Origin: Dipteris shenzhenensis
Taxonomy: Eukaryota
Length of the DNA: 64,000 nt
NCBI GenBank assembly: GCA_047967505.1
Contig: CM106538.1
Reading direction: 5' to 3' (one strand)
Below the pieces are notes generated by a model. That model ran no database searches, was not told the origin of the DNA, and saw nothing but the letters and a program-made list of their open reading frames with translations. The stretch's first letter is position 1. Each line of letters starts with the position of its first letter. Positions 25,137-39,941 of the stretch are shown piece after piece. Position numbers and translations under genes: made by a program.

Positions 25137-28100
25137 CTCATATAAGGCTAAGATTCATGAAAATTTCGATTCCCACTATTTTTGCCTATTTTGTGTCAGA
25201 CTATTGCTTTTCCAAATCTTAAATTTGTGATGGAAGGTCAGGTTCTGAATCATTCGCTGCCACAACGCAAACCACAAGTCGCAGCTTTAATCTACTGATC
25301 ACGCATGCAAATAGACATTACATGTAAGCGTGTATATGAACTATTATGTGGAAAGTGCGATACTAATTCTTTGGAAAAAAAAAAGTGTGATACTAATGTG
25401 GGAGTTACAGCACCTCGTATGGGGGCGCTATTGGCACTTTCAATTTCAATACAATGCCAAAAAAAGAAAACTAGATTTGCGGTAGGCAACCTTTTCATCA
25501 TGGAGACGTAACTACTAACTCAAAATTGAAGCTGAATCCTACTATTTTATCAAATTTTTAAGGAAAAATGCGAATGAGTAAAATAGTGGATATGAGACGC
25601 GACACAAGGTCCGTTAAGACTCGATCCTTCTTGCAAATGTCAGGGGTGGTGATTTATTATTGATTTTATGATGTCCATATTTTGAAAGTTGAAGTCTAAC
25701 AAATACATGAATAAGGCAATACAATAACTAATCCTCGTTGCAGTTTATACAATATTGTCACATGGACCACAACCATATGAATAAAGGTGTAGCCATCCTT
25801 CAATCTTGCATCCATCTTGGATTTTCTTGCTTCCTCGCATCAATGGCATGCATTAAATGAGAGGATTGTTGTAAGAATTCAGATTGAAAACAAGAAATTT
25901 AGAATGGTCGAGTAATTTAAAATATTTATATTATAATATACAATATATAATTATTTTAACCACACATAGTAGGAGTGGGAAGGCGGCGCACTTCTTTCCC
26001 AAAGAGTGATAATTCGAGGAGACGGGTCCTTTCTTAGGTGGTGAGATAACGTCAAAAATATTAGTGTTAAGATAACGTTGAGAATATTAGTACAAATGGA
26101 TAAGAAACTAGCATATTACCTGAATGTCAATGGTCGTAAGTATAGTCGAATATCGAGAGAATATCTCTCGAAAACTTGTCAATATGAGCTTGAGAGAATC
26201 TACGTGTGTCCTTGAGCGGGATGATTTCAACATTCTCAAATTGTTTAGTATACTCTAGACGGCACAAACAAATAAGTATCATTAGAGGAAGTTCAAAGTA
26301 GAGCACGTAACATTCTCACTCTCCACTTAGCCAACATTACGTGCCTCTACAACCTCAAAAAAATGGGAGTTTGAACATTGTAGTAAGTTGAGCTTTTAGG
26401 CTTGTGAGAGTAGGTCATTGCGAGGCTCTTCAAAGGTTTCCATGCCAAGGTTATGCCACGTTGGTCTTCATCTCTTCAAGACCCTTGCTACGCTTATGTG
26501 CTAGCACGTGCTCAAACACAAAGCCATCTTGGTGACTTGCAGATGCTTAATCCCAAATCCATCTTGGTTGCTTGCAGTTGCTTAACCCCAAATCCTGGAG
26601 GTTGGTCGGCTTTCAACAACCTCACTGCAATGTCTCCACTATAGGTAATGTGATGCGAGGAGTGATAGACAGACAGATAGATCGATCAGCATCATTTCCA
26701 TAGAGCTCTAATCATTCAATTGTCTTGCAACCTCAAATCTATAAACAAAAAATATTGAACGTACATTGATTGGGAAAGAATCTTACCTCGAAATCTTGGT
26801 TGAAGACACTGCAAGCAACCAGGCCTCTCCACTGTTGCTTGAAGATACAAACAATGCTGATAATCATGTGCTTGTAACACATTATATAGATTTATGATAA
26901 ATGCACTTCTATGCTTTTTTCCCATCATTTTGATATGCTTTTGTATCTTGCTTTTCAACCCGTTAGATTTGCTTGAAATTAATGCTCAAGATTATGACAA
27001 GTGGTTTAAGGAGAGCTCAAGAAACCCAAACTTCCCCTTGGGCTACCTGCAGTAAAAAAAATATGGGAGTTAGAGAGAGTTCACACACATACGCCCATGT
27101 CCAGCTCCCTGTTTGCACTACCAGTAACGAGTTGGTAGCTTCAAATGGGTTCTTGCTGTGCTTTTCACAAACTCGTGGACGAGGCGCTTCCGTGGCAGTG
27201 AGTTCGGGTCGCCTATGTTCTTGTCCACCTAATTCCTACCAATGGGAATGCAGAGAATAATGGCAGGAAGAAGAGCAAATAACCTCTTCTCCCGCTTGTG
27301 TGTGAATTGCTCATGCTCAAAAGCCATAGAAAGTGCTGCCCAAGCACTTTTGGAAGCAAAATGTTCGGAGGACGTTTGTGAACTCACCCTGAGAAATGCC
27401 CATTAGGAGGGCTTCTCTCCACAATCATTGCGTGATTAAATTGATGGTAAGACAACCTTAAAAACACGTGGCTTAGCCACAGTGATTCGAAGGAGTCAAG
27501 GTTGTCATGTTGTGCCAAGATAGGTCCAACCCTTTTCGTAGTGGTGGACTTCGTGGCAAGATGGGATGGTTTCAAATGTTCCTATCAAGTGGCTGAGGGT
27601 TGGATCACTCTCATGCCTTGAATATTAGATGTTGTTAAAGAAGTCGCATGACAAGCTTCAAGAAATGTATATGAAGCACAATTACTTGCCTGCAAAAATT
27701 TGGAATGCATGTGAGAATAGAATGCAAGCAAGTAGGGACAATGGGATGAGTCACTAGGAAGACACATTATGGTTTGATGTTAGGAGCACTGCACTATCCT
27801 TGTGTAATTGCAATTGGACAAACCCTCTAGAGATGGAAATTTTTAATAGTATGATGACAATGCTATGTTCATGTAGAGAAAATCATGCATGATAGGGGAA
27901 TTGTTCCCAAATTGGTCAAAGCACTTCAAGAAATATTACCCCAATTCAATCTCGTTGATGGATGAACACTTGCACATTCTCGATCGTCATAGCTCTCATG
28001 TGTAGGTGGAGCTTGTGTTTTAAGGCAATGGATATTGACATTGACACCGACATCAACATCGACATCATTACCTTGCTTGTCCATACATCTCATAAGTTGT

Positions 28101-29070
28101 AGCCCTTCGATGCTTGCATATTTCCTTCCTTGAAGAAGACATTCTAGGTTGAGAGAGCAATATGGCAAACCACTCATCTATAAGGGACTATGGAAAAGGA
28201 AGGTCTAATGTAGGATGGCATGTAAGGTTGCCACATTGGGTAGCATGTAAGGCTACTATGGTAGGCAATATAGACAACAAAAGTTCTCATAAGATTGTTA
28301 CAGAGGAAGCCGCAGTGTGGAGCAAGAACATATTACATGGACAACCAAACTAGGCTATCGAGACCAAGTCAGAGAGCTATAGATAGACCCATAAACTTGC
28401 GTAGGTTCCAAGAGTAGGTTGGACCAAAAGATTGGTCAAGGCAGAGGCAAGAATCCTGCAGACAACAGGAAACATGCGTATGATGTACGGCTATCATGTG
28501 GGAGCAGGTCACAAATTTTGAGCAAACTTATGTTTGTAGGACTTGCCGTTGGTCAGGTAGTTTTTAGGGGCCTCTAGCCTCTATATAAAGGTCCCCAAGG
28601 GGGCATCCCCCCTTATTCACTGCTCGAGGTCTTCGGTGCCTTAGTTTGGGTTGCCTAATGTGGTAGTAAGGAGGTCCATAACACCTACATAGGGTCTTGC
28701 TGCCTACATAGTAGCAAGGAGGTTAGGAATAAAGGGAGATCTATGCCTCATTATTGGCTACGGATGAAAGCATTAAGGAGGTCAAGGATCATGAAGCAAA
28801 CAATGCCTCACCATTGGTTGTCCATCAAAGCAGTAGCAAAGCATGTTTATAGAGCATCACTACACAACCCACTATGCTCTAGGGGAGTAGGCATGGTGAT
28901 AGTGTTTTGAAGGTGCCACAAGGAGGTAGAAGAGCAGTTTGGAAGTGGCATGGGTCCAAATTTGGGTAGCACCTTGTTGCTAGATGGTGGCACACTATGC
29001 ATATCTTTTGTATGAGGTTTTGGTCCATAATATATATTTATTATTTCTACTCTCTTGAGCATAGCTCAAT

Positions 29071-29072
<2 letters not shown>

Positions 29073-29118
<46 letters not shown>
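29073..29118. repeat. (CT)n microsatellite
   Basis: Read directly from the sequence. Confidence 0.95.
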
Positions 29119-29121
<3 letters not shown>

Positions 29122-32100
29122 ATTTTAGCTCTCAGCTTCCCGTCTAGATTTGTTCTCCCAACTCTCTCAACTTTTGTCTAGCTCTATTCTCCCGATTGCC
29201 TGTCATCTATTCGTCCGTCGCCTGGAGTTCAATTCGTCACAGTTGTTCGTTATCGTCGTCGCAGCTCAGTTTGTTGCCACAGTTCTTTGTAGGTCTCCAC
29301 CTGCAAGCCTCCAAAGTCCTTCCAAAGTTCGCTTTCACCAAGTCTACATGTCACCGCCTTTCTCCATCTAAGCTTAGTTTAGTTCACAGCCACCTTTCTC
29401 AGTTCAATTTACAAATAGCTAGTTTACGTCACCCAGGTTGGGGCTGGACCCCTAGCCCAAACCTGGAGGTTAGGTTCAGCATAGGGGCACTCAAATCTAT
29501 GCAGGATACTATGGAGCTCCCCAAGTCTAAGTCACTTGTTTTCTTGACATTAGTACACAAGCCCTTGTAATCAACCATTGCAGGCCTTTCAACACCCACC
29601 CCCTATGCCAAGACATACAGACAATGGATCTTTTCAGAACCACAAGAGCAAATCTATTATTTGCAATAAGAAATTAGAGGCTCAAATTTCAAGCTGTAGC
29701 CCTCGTGAGGAAAGTATAGGACTCGAAGAGTAACGAAAGTGCCGAACATTGAAGAATACCCAACCAAAGGTGATGAATAGGGACAAAAGAAAGTAGAAAC
29801 CACTTGAGTAAAATAATTTCTCATATTCTTTTCTTCATCTTTCATAGTAACTAAGGATCAAAGAGCCCTCAGGGCCTCCATCAATCATGTATGAATGGAA
29901 AACAATGCGAGAGAAAAAGGGAATAGAAAAGGGCCCACACCTCGTCGACGGCAGACCCCGATCGACTAATGGAGATAAAAATGAGGATATGGAGGGTAAC
30001 GAAAAATAGGAAATTATTACAGAGGTCATACACAAATGTAATGCATCTCCACCAGCGTTGACACTTGTCTCCACTGTTAAGGATACAATCAAGTGAGCTC
30101 AATCAAGTAAGAAATGGTTGCTCATGCTAGCAACAACAAAGTCAATAGAGCAAATCTCTATATGGAAGTAACAAAGTAGGAAACTAGAGCACAAAATAGG
30201 GCGATCTTGTGCACTTGGGCATTTGCTGCCTTCAAGCTAATGAGGAGAAAGACATTGATGATATAATCATATGTCTTAAGAAGGAAGTACCACAAGTTGA
30301 ATGGGATAAAATTAATGTATACAATATCAGTCAAAATGGCACATAGGCATAGGTCTACTTCAAAGGGAGATAGAAGGAGTTAGGATCCTCAAACAAACAC
30401 ATAAGTTGAAGGGTACAAAAATTTGAATATCTAAGGAGTTCACTCCAATCTAGCTCAAACAAAGAAACAATGAACTCACCAAAGTAAAGGCAGCACGTAA
30501 GGCAGGCAAATGGGTGGTATATCAAGATGGGAAAGCATTGACTAGGGACTTTAAACCCAAACCCAAAGATTCTTAGTCTTAAATTGATGTTGCAAAGGCC
30601 AACTTATGATAGTATTAGAATGTAGCTAGAGAGGATCTAGCTTGCACTCCCCGATTCACTGCTTATTCAGATATAGGAAGTAACTTTTTAGTGTTTGTAT
30701 TGTCTCTGTATAAATTTCTTTAACACATTTTAATGCAAGTTGTAAGATCCATCTTCTTAATAATCTTCATTCTAGACATCATGTTCTATTAATTTATAGG
30801 AGTATGAGAAGCTTCAGTTAGACACTTGCTTTTTATAGTCTAGTATAGATCCTCCTAATATTAACTACTCACAAACACCATTTTATAGTTAGTAAAAATG
30901 GAGAAGAAAATTGTTTGCGAGAAGGGAATTATCTAGAGCCATGTGTAGAGATAAGTTGTTTCTAGGTGCCTCTTTGAAGCTTGGACATCGATAGAAGTTT
31001 TAACATAGCTTACTCTTCCCATTGGAAGGAATTGTGAAATGCTTGCAATGATCGTGCCACAAAAGGCTTAGGGAGTTAGGGAATCAACAATCAACAAAGA
31101 TGCCTGTAAAATTGATCATCCTCAACTATAGTAGAAGTTAGTCTTGCATAGTTGGGATTCTTACTTTTGTCAACTCAGTGCATATCTTATGTATGAGTTG
31201 CCTCTTATAATATCTCACATCTTTCTAGGACTTGGAGCTTTTGAGTTTCCTTTTTATTGCATCCAACTCATAAAAGAAGAGCATGCATTTGTCTCCTTAT
31301 CTAATGTAACGTATTTAAGTGAAAGATCAAATAGGACTTCTTTCTTTAACCTTCTTATCATACTTGTGGACTTCATCAAAGCATGTAGCTCCTATTCTAG
31401 ATAATTCCCTTCTCGCCACAAAATTCTTCTCTCAATTTCTGGTACAGGGGACGTTGGTCCTATGAAGCTCCATGACCAAACGGAATAATGGAGAGGAAGC
31501 CTAGTAATGTTCATGCAATAGGTTTGGGGAAACCAAGACTAGGAGGCTGCTCGCTGTGAACTATTGATGGATGCATCACCTGATGCTTTGCCTTCTTCAA
31601 TCTGGGTCAATTGTTCAATTGGCTTCAATCTAGGTTGGCTATGATACTCTGATAATGTCCTCTTAGAACTCCATGAAATATAATTGGGTGACCGTAAACA
31701 TGAGAAAACTTCATGGATATGTCGAGATGTAAATGAAATTATTTATGTCGCTCTATTACCGCAGTTAGATCTACAGGCTAGGCGCTTGGTTGTAAAAATT
31801 TGCAAGCGTTTTGTGAAAAGGGAACACAGGTTGAGACAATGTTCTGCATTCAAAGAGACAGAAGGATCCGTTGATGACCACTCTTGACAAAAACAATGGT
31901 GGTCTATCTTAACTGGACATAGCAACAAATTCAACTAAATGATTGTGAAAATGGGCTTACGCAGGTTCTTCATGTGGGAAGCTAAAGGTTGCGATGAAAC
32001 TCCCAACCTTGAAATCCTCCCCTTTCGGGCGATTGGAAATATACCGAGATGGGTGGTGGGGAATGCACCTAGAATTGGAGCCTCGATGTTAATCTCTTGC

Positions 32101-33029
32101 TAAGGGAAGCAAATGCTCACAAGACTGGTATCCCTGCTTCCATCTGAAACCCACCTCGAATAAGTTTTGTTGCACTAAAATGCTAACACAATGATGCAAG
32201 ACAAAATTGGCAAGGGTGGCTTCGGCGGGGTGGCCGGAGTAAAAGGAAAGCATTTGAGGATTTGCGTAGGAGGAGACAAAGAAGCAGAGAATGAAGTTAA
32301 GATCCAACGTGTGTGTGTTGTTTGTCAAGCTTGCATCACTCATCTTCACAAAATGCTAGTCAAGAGACCGAAATGTATGTAGAATTTTTTATTCTAAAAA
32401 GGTTGGAATATTCAATATAGAATGGAAGTTTCCATGCCCCTTTAATGCGCACATGCATGCGGGATAATTCCCTCTAACATGCTAAATGGGGTTTGCTCAT
32501 GCATGAGTACAAAATTCATTACAGGCTGCAAAACCCAACTGTTAGCATTGGGTTGTCGACTTACATTGATGGTATTAAAGCATGATGTTTAAGAATGGAT
32601 AGTACAATCATGTATTGTGCTCTTTTCTAAGAAAATTTTCAAAATTTGCATACTACTCTTTCATGGTCTTGCATTCATGATTCATGTTTCCTCCTAAGCT
32701 AGGTGATTTCCTACTTCATGTTCGTTGCTATGTGAGTGTGTTGTGTTTCTTGCCTATATGCTTACATTTGGGTGTGTGTGTTTCATGGTTCATTATGACT
32801 AAAGATTTTTGGGATAAGTATGGTCAAGGGCTTGCTCTAAGGCGCATGTGTGCATCTAGGGGAGTCACATGTGTGTGTGTGTTGTAGAAGCACACCTAGT
32901 GCTATGAGGTGTCCAATGTTGTGTGTGTTGTAGAAGCACACCTAGTGCTATGAGGTGTCTAGTGTGTGACCTAAGTGATGATGTAAGCAGAAAGGCCCCC
33001 ACATGGGAGGTTCCTTTGATTTAGCCAGT

Positions 33030-33903
33030 CCCACTGATGTAGGGGCTAATTGCCACTGATGTAGGGAAGGTGCCTTTGATCTAGGCCACCCTCTCCCCAT
33101 TTCTATAAGAGAGAGTCACCTCTTTCACAATCTATGAGAACAACACTTTTGGTTTACATTTTGTGCTCTCAATCCCTCTTCCAAGATGCATCTCTTCTAT
33201 CCCATGTGTTTCTACATTTGGTATCAGAGCTTTAGGTTCTAGATCTAGCCTAGCCTAGCATTAGATGCTCTCTCTAGCATGAATTACTAGTTTTTCAAAA
33301 ATTCTTCATCATCTCCATTTTTTCCCCTCTTCTTCCCCAAATTTGTGAGAGCTTGTTCTCTGAGTACAATCCACCATTTGCAAAATCCTTTGAATTGAGG
33401 CTTCTACAGCCTAGGGCGCACCTCGGGCTCGGAGCATTCTTCAAGTTGTAATCCCTGTTGCCCATGCCGCTCGAACTTTGCGTCAACTATTAAGCTAATT
33501 TCGCCCAATGTTGTGACTATCTACTAATCCCTTCTAGCCACAGGTGGGCAACATTATGACAAATCTTCTACTGAAATTTGATGACAAATGGTCCACAAAA
33601 TCAACCGAAATCGTAAAAAACATAGTCAAAGTTGAAGGGCTTCTCTATGGCGACCTGGCGCAACATTGTACTCTTCCTTGGTTGAGGACCTTCTCTGATA
33701 TACGGCCTTTATTTTTGCATAAAAATCCCCTTGGATAGAGCTACGAGCTATGCAAATTTTGGCCTTCAACTTCCCCACTGATGTGAGGGCTGATTGCCAC
33801 TAATGTAGGGAAGATGCCTTTGATCTAGGCCACCCTCTCCCCATTTCTATAAGAGAGAGTCACCTCTCTCACAATCTATGAGAACAACACTTTTGGTTTA
33901 CAT
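33030..33903 (+). mobile_element. Small non-coding LTR-type element (TRIM-like or internally deleted)
   Basis: ~130-bp direct repeats at 33030-33159 and 33774-33903; perfect PBS TGGTATCAGAGC at 33219-33230 after ...TACA; no gag/pol between the repeats. Confidence 0.6.
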
Positions 33904-35733
33904 CTTCATTAACTTGAAGAGTTTATAAATCCCATGGCTAAGCTCACACATTTGAGAGCATTATTGATCTTTGATGTCTCTACTGTGCTGAGCTAAGTGT
34001 GTATTACAACTTCAGTTGTGACTCTCTTCATTGACTAGGTATGTAGAGAGTTGAAAAATAATGAAAAATGTTCCTTTGAAGTCATAGTGTGTCTTAAATA
34101 TTCAACTTTCACTTTTACCAAATTCTCAGGCATGTACTTTTATTTATTTTGATGAAAATTTTAGGTATTCTAAGAAGCTTGTCTTCTCCATGATCAAGTA
34201 TTGGTAGAGCATTTTGGCCAAAACAAATATCCCATGTGTGCACATCTATAAGGTTTCCAAACTGAGGGGAGGCTACCATCAATTTGAGTTTTAAATATAT
34301 AATCATGAGGATTCCGCAATGATGGTCAAACTCTAGGAAAACTCTAGGATGGCCGGTCAGACAAGTGAAGTATACATGCTTTTTGGATACGTTTTGGAAT
34401 TGATTTCAATTGACTAGTGAATGGTAGGAGGTGCAAAAGCTAGCATGAGGCATCTATATTATATGTTCTTTGTATGGCTTGACAAGAACGTGGGAGACTC
34501 TTGTACGATTGGGTAAAGGCTCTTCATCCAAGAGGGGCTTGACAAAGTGTACTCAATTGAGTGAGTGAGCTAGTGTATGACTAGACTAGAATATTAATAG
34601 GTGTGAAAATGGAAACCTTTGAAGAGATTAATAGGCTTGATGACTAGGGAAAACAAAGCATCTTCAAGAGAATTTAAAATTGAACTAGGCATGGGAATGG
34701 TATGCAGTGGCATGAATTATATAGAATAAGAGGACTATGAGCCCATGGTTGAGGTGCGCGCGCATATGTGTGTGTAGATTTAATAATCTCATCAATGAAT
34801 GAACCATCAATCAATTCACTCATTTGGATAATTATAAAAAGTTGCATATGAAACAAAATTGACGTAACTTTTGACAATATTGCAAACCAAACATTTACTT
34901 GGTAAGGATCTAAGCACCAAGATTGGCTGTAGTATTTTTCTTTATATTGAGTTTGCAAATTTAAACAAATAATTAGTACAAAATAGTCAAATCCATTAGG
35001 GAGTCCAGGCTCCAAGGTTAGGGTCCACTTACCTGCCACCATCCAAACCAACCAATTGTTAGAAAATGAAGTTGAATTTGGGTAGACAAATAATGTATGT
35101 ATCATGTGGCTTATTATCACTTTACCAAAGAACATGAACACACCTTTCAAAATTCTAAGATAAAAATGAGCTTTAAAGGAATGTACGAAAACAACAGGGG
35201 TTTACATTCTAAATAATTTTGAGAAAGTGAAAAGACATCCTAAGGGGGGTAATCCTCATCCCTCAGTGGTAATTAAGGGCCAACTAATTTAATTCGATTA
35301 AAGATAAGGGGGGAATCTACTCCCATGAAAGTTTAATGGAGTAGAGAGGTAAAAAATTGGAAGCTTTAATTACAAAGAGAATCCACAAGGGGGTACCCTT
35401 CATTAAAACTGGGTGGTATTCCTCACCCATGGGAATTCAACAACAAAATTAAAACCCATGTTTACAAGAGTCTAAGAAATGAGGGTGTTAGTAAAAAGAA
35501 ACCAAGGTTCTTGCTCTACAAATTAATGTATTTAAGAACTTAATTGTGTGACACAATTGAAGAAAATATAAGCAAAGTTTTGTAGGAATAGACCAACAAC
35601 CTTGAGGGAAATTACAAAAACCAACAAATGATGACCCAAAAAAAGAAAGTAGGGTAAGAAGAGCTTGGTGCATAAGGGAAGAAGTGTATATAAAGTGCAA
35701 TCAATAAAAATATAGGTTGGAAAAACGGTTAAT

Positions 35734-35736
<3 letters not shown>

Positions 35737-35767
<31 letters not shown>

Positions 35768-36451
35768 TAAAAAGGTGCTGGGGGGGTTGTAAAATTATTA
35801 AATTACAAATAAACTTTATGAAGAGAAAAAAATGGAGAAAAGTGGAAACAATAAAATTAAAACTTTAATTAAAAAATGGGCCAATTAATAATTTTAGGGA
35901 GGAGGGGTTTTGGAAAATATGTATAAGTGTAAAAGTGTGTGTGTGTGTGTGTGTGTGTGTGTTGAAGTTCACTTCGGAGTGTGTTAGAGTGCCAATAAGA
36001 TGCTAACACATAAAAATATTGAAAATAATACCAAATTAAAGAAACACACACACACACACACACTTAAAGGAGTGCCAAATTAAAGAAATATTAAGACGTT
36101 CTATAGTGTTTAAAGGAGTGGAGAAATGGAAATATTAAAAGATGGGGGGAATGTGTAAGTGAATGGTGGGGGGCTCCAAGATCTAACCACTGCTTAATAA
36201 ATATTAATAATAAAATTTAATAAAGAAAGAATTGTAAAAAACCAAATTTGTGTGAGTGTAAGGAGAGGGGTTAAGGGACAAGTATGTACGTGTGTGTGTG
36301 TGTGTGTGTATAAGTTAGTGTAAGAGTGAATAATTAATGTGTGTGTGTGTGCACGTGCATGTGCATGCACATGTGTTTGTGTGTACCTCTGTGTGTGTGT
36401 GTGTACACACACACATATGTATATATCTATATTTGTCTATATATGCATGTA

Positions 36452-36502
<51 letters not shown>

Positions 36503-36573
36503 TTGTTTAATGAGCATATATTTGGAAAAGAACACACACACACACACACACACACGTGGAGGCACACATGCGC

Positions 36574-36618
<45 letters not shown>

Positions 36619-36619
36619 C
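35737..36619. repeat. Microsatellite cluster: (AT)n, alternating (GT)n and (AC)n tracts, (GA)n
   Basis: Read directly from the sequence; source of the spurious CV/TH-repeat ORFs. Confidence 0.95.
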
Positions 36620-39600
36620 ATGAACAAAATCTCTTTCTTGGCTATCTATGCAAACATATTTCCTTCCACAAAGATTGAAGATCAGCCTTTGGAGAGTTTA
36701 ACAAGAACATTTTAGGCTTTCCATTCAACGATTGTGGAGTTGATGTTCCCATGGAATAGTTCGGTCTCCTTAATCAATTTAGGTTTTTTTTATATAATGC
36801 ATGTTATCAAGTTCCTTGAAGAGATTGAGAATTTGGAAGCATTTGTGCCCTCTACCTCTTCTCGCCTTTGATAGTATAGAATGGCCGATTCCTGATCCAT
36901 TCACTATAGAGGAATTTAGGATGAATAATAGAAAAGATATTCAAGCATCCATGAAATTCACTTTTAGTTCTAAGTTCATTGATGTGAGTTGGCTCATTCC
37001 CTCTTCGGTGTTTGTCCATTACTTCAAATTGGCCTTCATTCATAGAAAAAGATGATGTGGGCTTGCAAAAAAAAGGCACAATAGTTCTTGGATAATATCC
37101 TCTATCCTGGTTAGGATATTAAGGAAGGTATTCAAAAGGGGGATCACTTTATATGTGTAGTTTCCAATGAAACACTAGTCACAAGGTACCAAGTTTTGCG
37201 AGAGAGTTGTCACAATGCTTGGATTGCATTGGATTGTTTTGTAAAAGAAGAGACAAGAGAGACAAATTTGTATGTCACATGGTGTGATCGAGTGTCTCGA
37301 AGTAACAGATAGTTGGACCTTGAAGCACATTTGAGAGACCTTGTTATAATGTTTGATGAGTATGAACTTTTCTTTACTTTGTATGGGAAGAAAGTAAGAA
37401 GACAACTTGAATCTAAGTCATTTTACAATCATTGGAACCTCCATGTGAAACTAATGTCCACATATTGATTGACTAAATATATGGATATTTTGATCTTTAT
37501 TTCTCATGAAAAATGTCGATATTTTGATCTTGTTTAATTGTAACCATGTTCCTCTTATATGTTTTAATAAAACCTTTATTTGATTTTTTAAATTTAAACT
37601 TTATAAAAGGTGGGCTCTACAAAGGTATAATAATTTTGTCATTGTTTCCTCACTCTGTGTTTTCTTTCACCTCCTCATGCTACTCATGGCCACCCCATGC
37701 CTTGCCAGTTTAGTGCAATAAGTCCACCTTACTTTAGAGATTGATGCACTAGCTGAGTACTTAAGGGCCTTTCCAGGGAATGTCAGTGTCAACATGGAGC
37801 AGTTGGGCTCGCTCCTGGAGGCTCTTCAAGGAGATGTGTGAGCAAAATGGGATAGATAGATTGCATGATGGAGTGTGGCTGTTGTTCTGCAAACATGTCG
37901 GGAGCTAGTTTCATTACAATGCCAACCCAAAACAGATGGAGATGTAGGGGCTGGTGCAGAGGTTCCGGTCCACAAAAGGGTTCATAAGTATAGACAAATT
38001 TTGGACCAAGGGGGTCTTATACATCTTTCGGTGGTGGTGGTGATGGTGTAGATAAGGGGAAAGGAGTTGTCGTGGAGTCGGTGCAGATTGTGGAGGATTG
38101 GCAAGCAAAGTATGAAGAGTTAGCGGATGGCATTGTGGAAGCCAGTGTTCGCAATAGCAAATGATTGGATGTGCTGAAGTGGCAAAGGCATTCCCTATGT
38201 TTGTGGTTAGAATTGTGCACCCACTCCTTCAGTCTGTCATTGCCTCCTCATCCTCCTTAGTGGAAAGAAGCGGATAAGCTTTTAAAGAAGTTTTATAATA
38301 AGCACACACCTTTCCCTGGATTACCAGATCCTCCTTCTTATGAACTGATGGTGATTCAAAGACCAGTAACAGCACATGAATGATGGCAGTAGCAATTGCC
38401 ACTGGGTGCTTAGATAGATGAGGTGCTGCCCATGGAGAAGTGGCCTGAATAGCAAGTGGTGGTGGAGAGATCCAAGCCACATCCTCTGCAGTGGTGGCGG
38501 ATGAATCTGGAGTAGGATCGCAAGCTAAAAAATGTGGTTTGAGTGGAGCGATGACCTAGTTGCAGAGACAGAGTTACCTGAAAGCGATGATGCGAGACTG
38601 AGCAAGGTGGGTGTCATTGATGCACCTATTCAGTATATTTCTAGTTCGGATGAAGAGTCGAACTCTGGTGATGGCTATTGGTAGGTCTCGCATAATAAAG
38701 ATAGGAGATGTTCGAAATGTGGGTTGCTTTTGGACAGGCAAGATCAAAGATGTTTGAAATGTGGGGATGATTTTGGAGAAGTAGGAGAAACAACAAAGGA
38801 TGTTCAGATAGGCATTTCGACTTATGACAGTGGATGTTTTTTTTAGTGTTTTCGGAAATGAGATGTTTTGTAATTCATGTGTATTGAGTGAAGGGTAGTA
38901 CGTCGGCATAACAACTCATGCTCAATGCCTGAAACATACTCCGAATGCAACCGCTAAGTGGCCTCTGAGTGCGCTTCTGCCACTTGCACTTGGGCTTCAA
39001 GAACTACCACCTTGTCCTCTAGTTGCTGCACCTTGGCTCTGCTGACTCCGTAAAGTGTCATTTTCCATCTGCAACTGCATGACTTCCACTTCCAAACTAG
39101 TCACTCTCACAGAATCACCTCCCGCACCATATTGTGAGGCAAGCCACACGAGCAACTGGGAACAAAACTACAACTAAACATCCAGAGGCTGCACTTGAAA
39201 AGAAAACCTGGTTGAGGACACCAGAGAAGCAATCGCAGACTTAGAGATCCCTGTGTAAGCTTTTGGTGTCGACACCCACACCGCCTCGAATACTGCTGCC
39301 ACCATTGGAGAAGCATCCACAGTTATCAATGCTGAACACTGCTGAAGCTACCTTTAAGGGACCCTTCTACTAGCAGAGTACCCTCACAAATCCCTAATGC
39401 AATGGTCATTGGAGTCACCATCATGGTCACTCTTTCCGCCATGACCAGTGATGCCAGTGGTGTAGCTATAGTAATTTGCATGGATGCCACCCCACTGGTG
39501 AAGACACCCCCCATTCCACCTACATGAGAAGGAGTCAAGGGTGCAAGGGTAGAGACCACCCCCTGACTAAGGCCTCTTCGCTGCTTCTTAGCCACTCATC

Positions 39601-39941
39601 CAGTAGACCCCTCAGCTTCTTCCTATGCAGGCCCCTCAGGCTCTAGAGTGAGTATCAAAGCAGTAGTCCATCGAGGCACCGTAGACTCCAAATGCAAGGG
39701 GAACAGTATCTCTAGAATTTACCCAATATTTGAATTCACCACGTGCTTCTTCTCTATTGATGTTGCCGCACGTAAAGCTTCTACATGAATCCGCTCCTTT
39801 AGAATCCGGCCCCATGGCGCCACCCACTGCTCAGCAACCACAATCATCCCTTGAGTTCGAGGAGTGATTGTATAAGTTTTAGCTTGCAAGAACACAGACT
39901 CCAGAATACACAGATAGAGATCCCTCATCTGCACGTCTGGG

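Noticed and set aside
25500-32400. Possible DNA-transposon transposase remnants (MULE/hAT/Harbinger-like)
   Set aside because: Coding-like but too degraded to identify catalytic motifs by eye, so left unannotated.
35869-36627. ORFs rich in CV/TH dipeptides
   Set aside because: Translations of (GT)n/(AC)n microsatellites.
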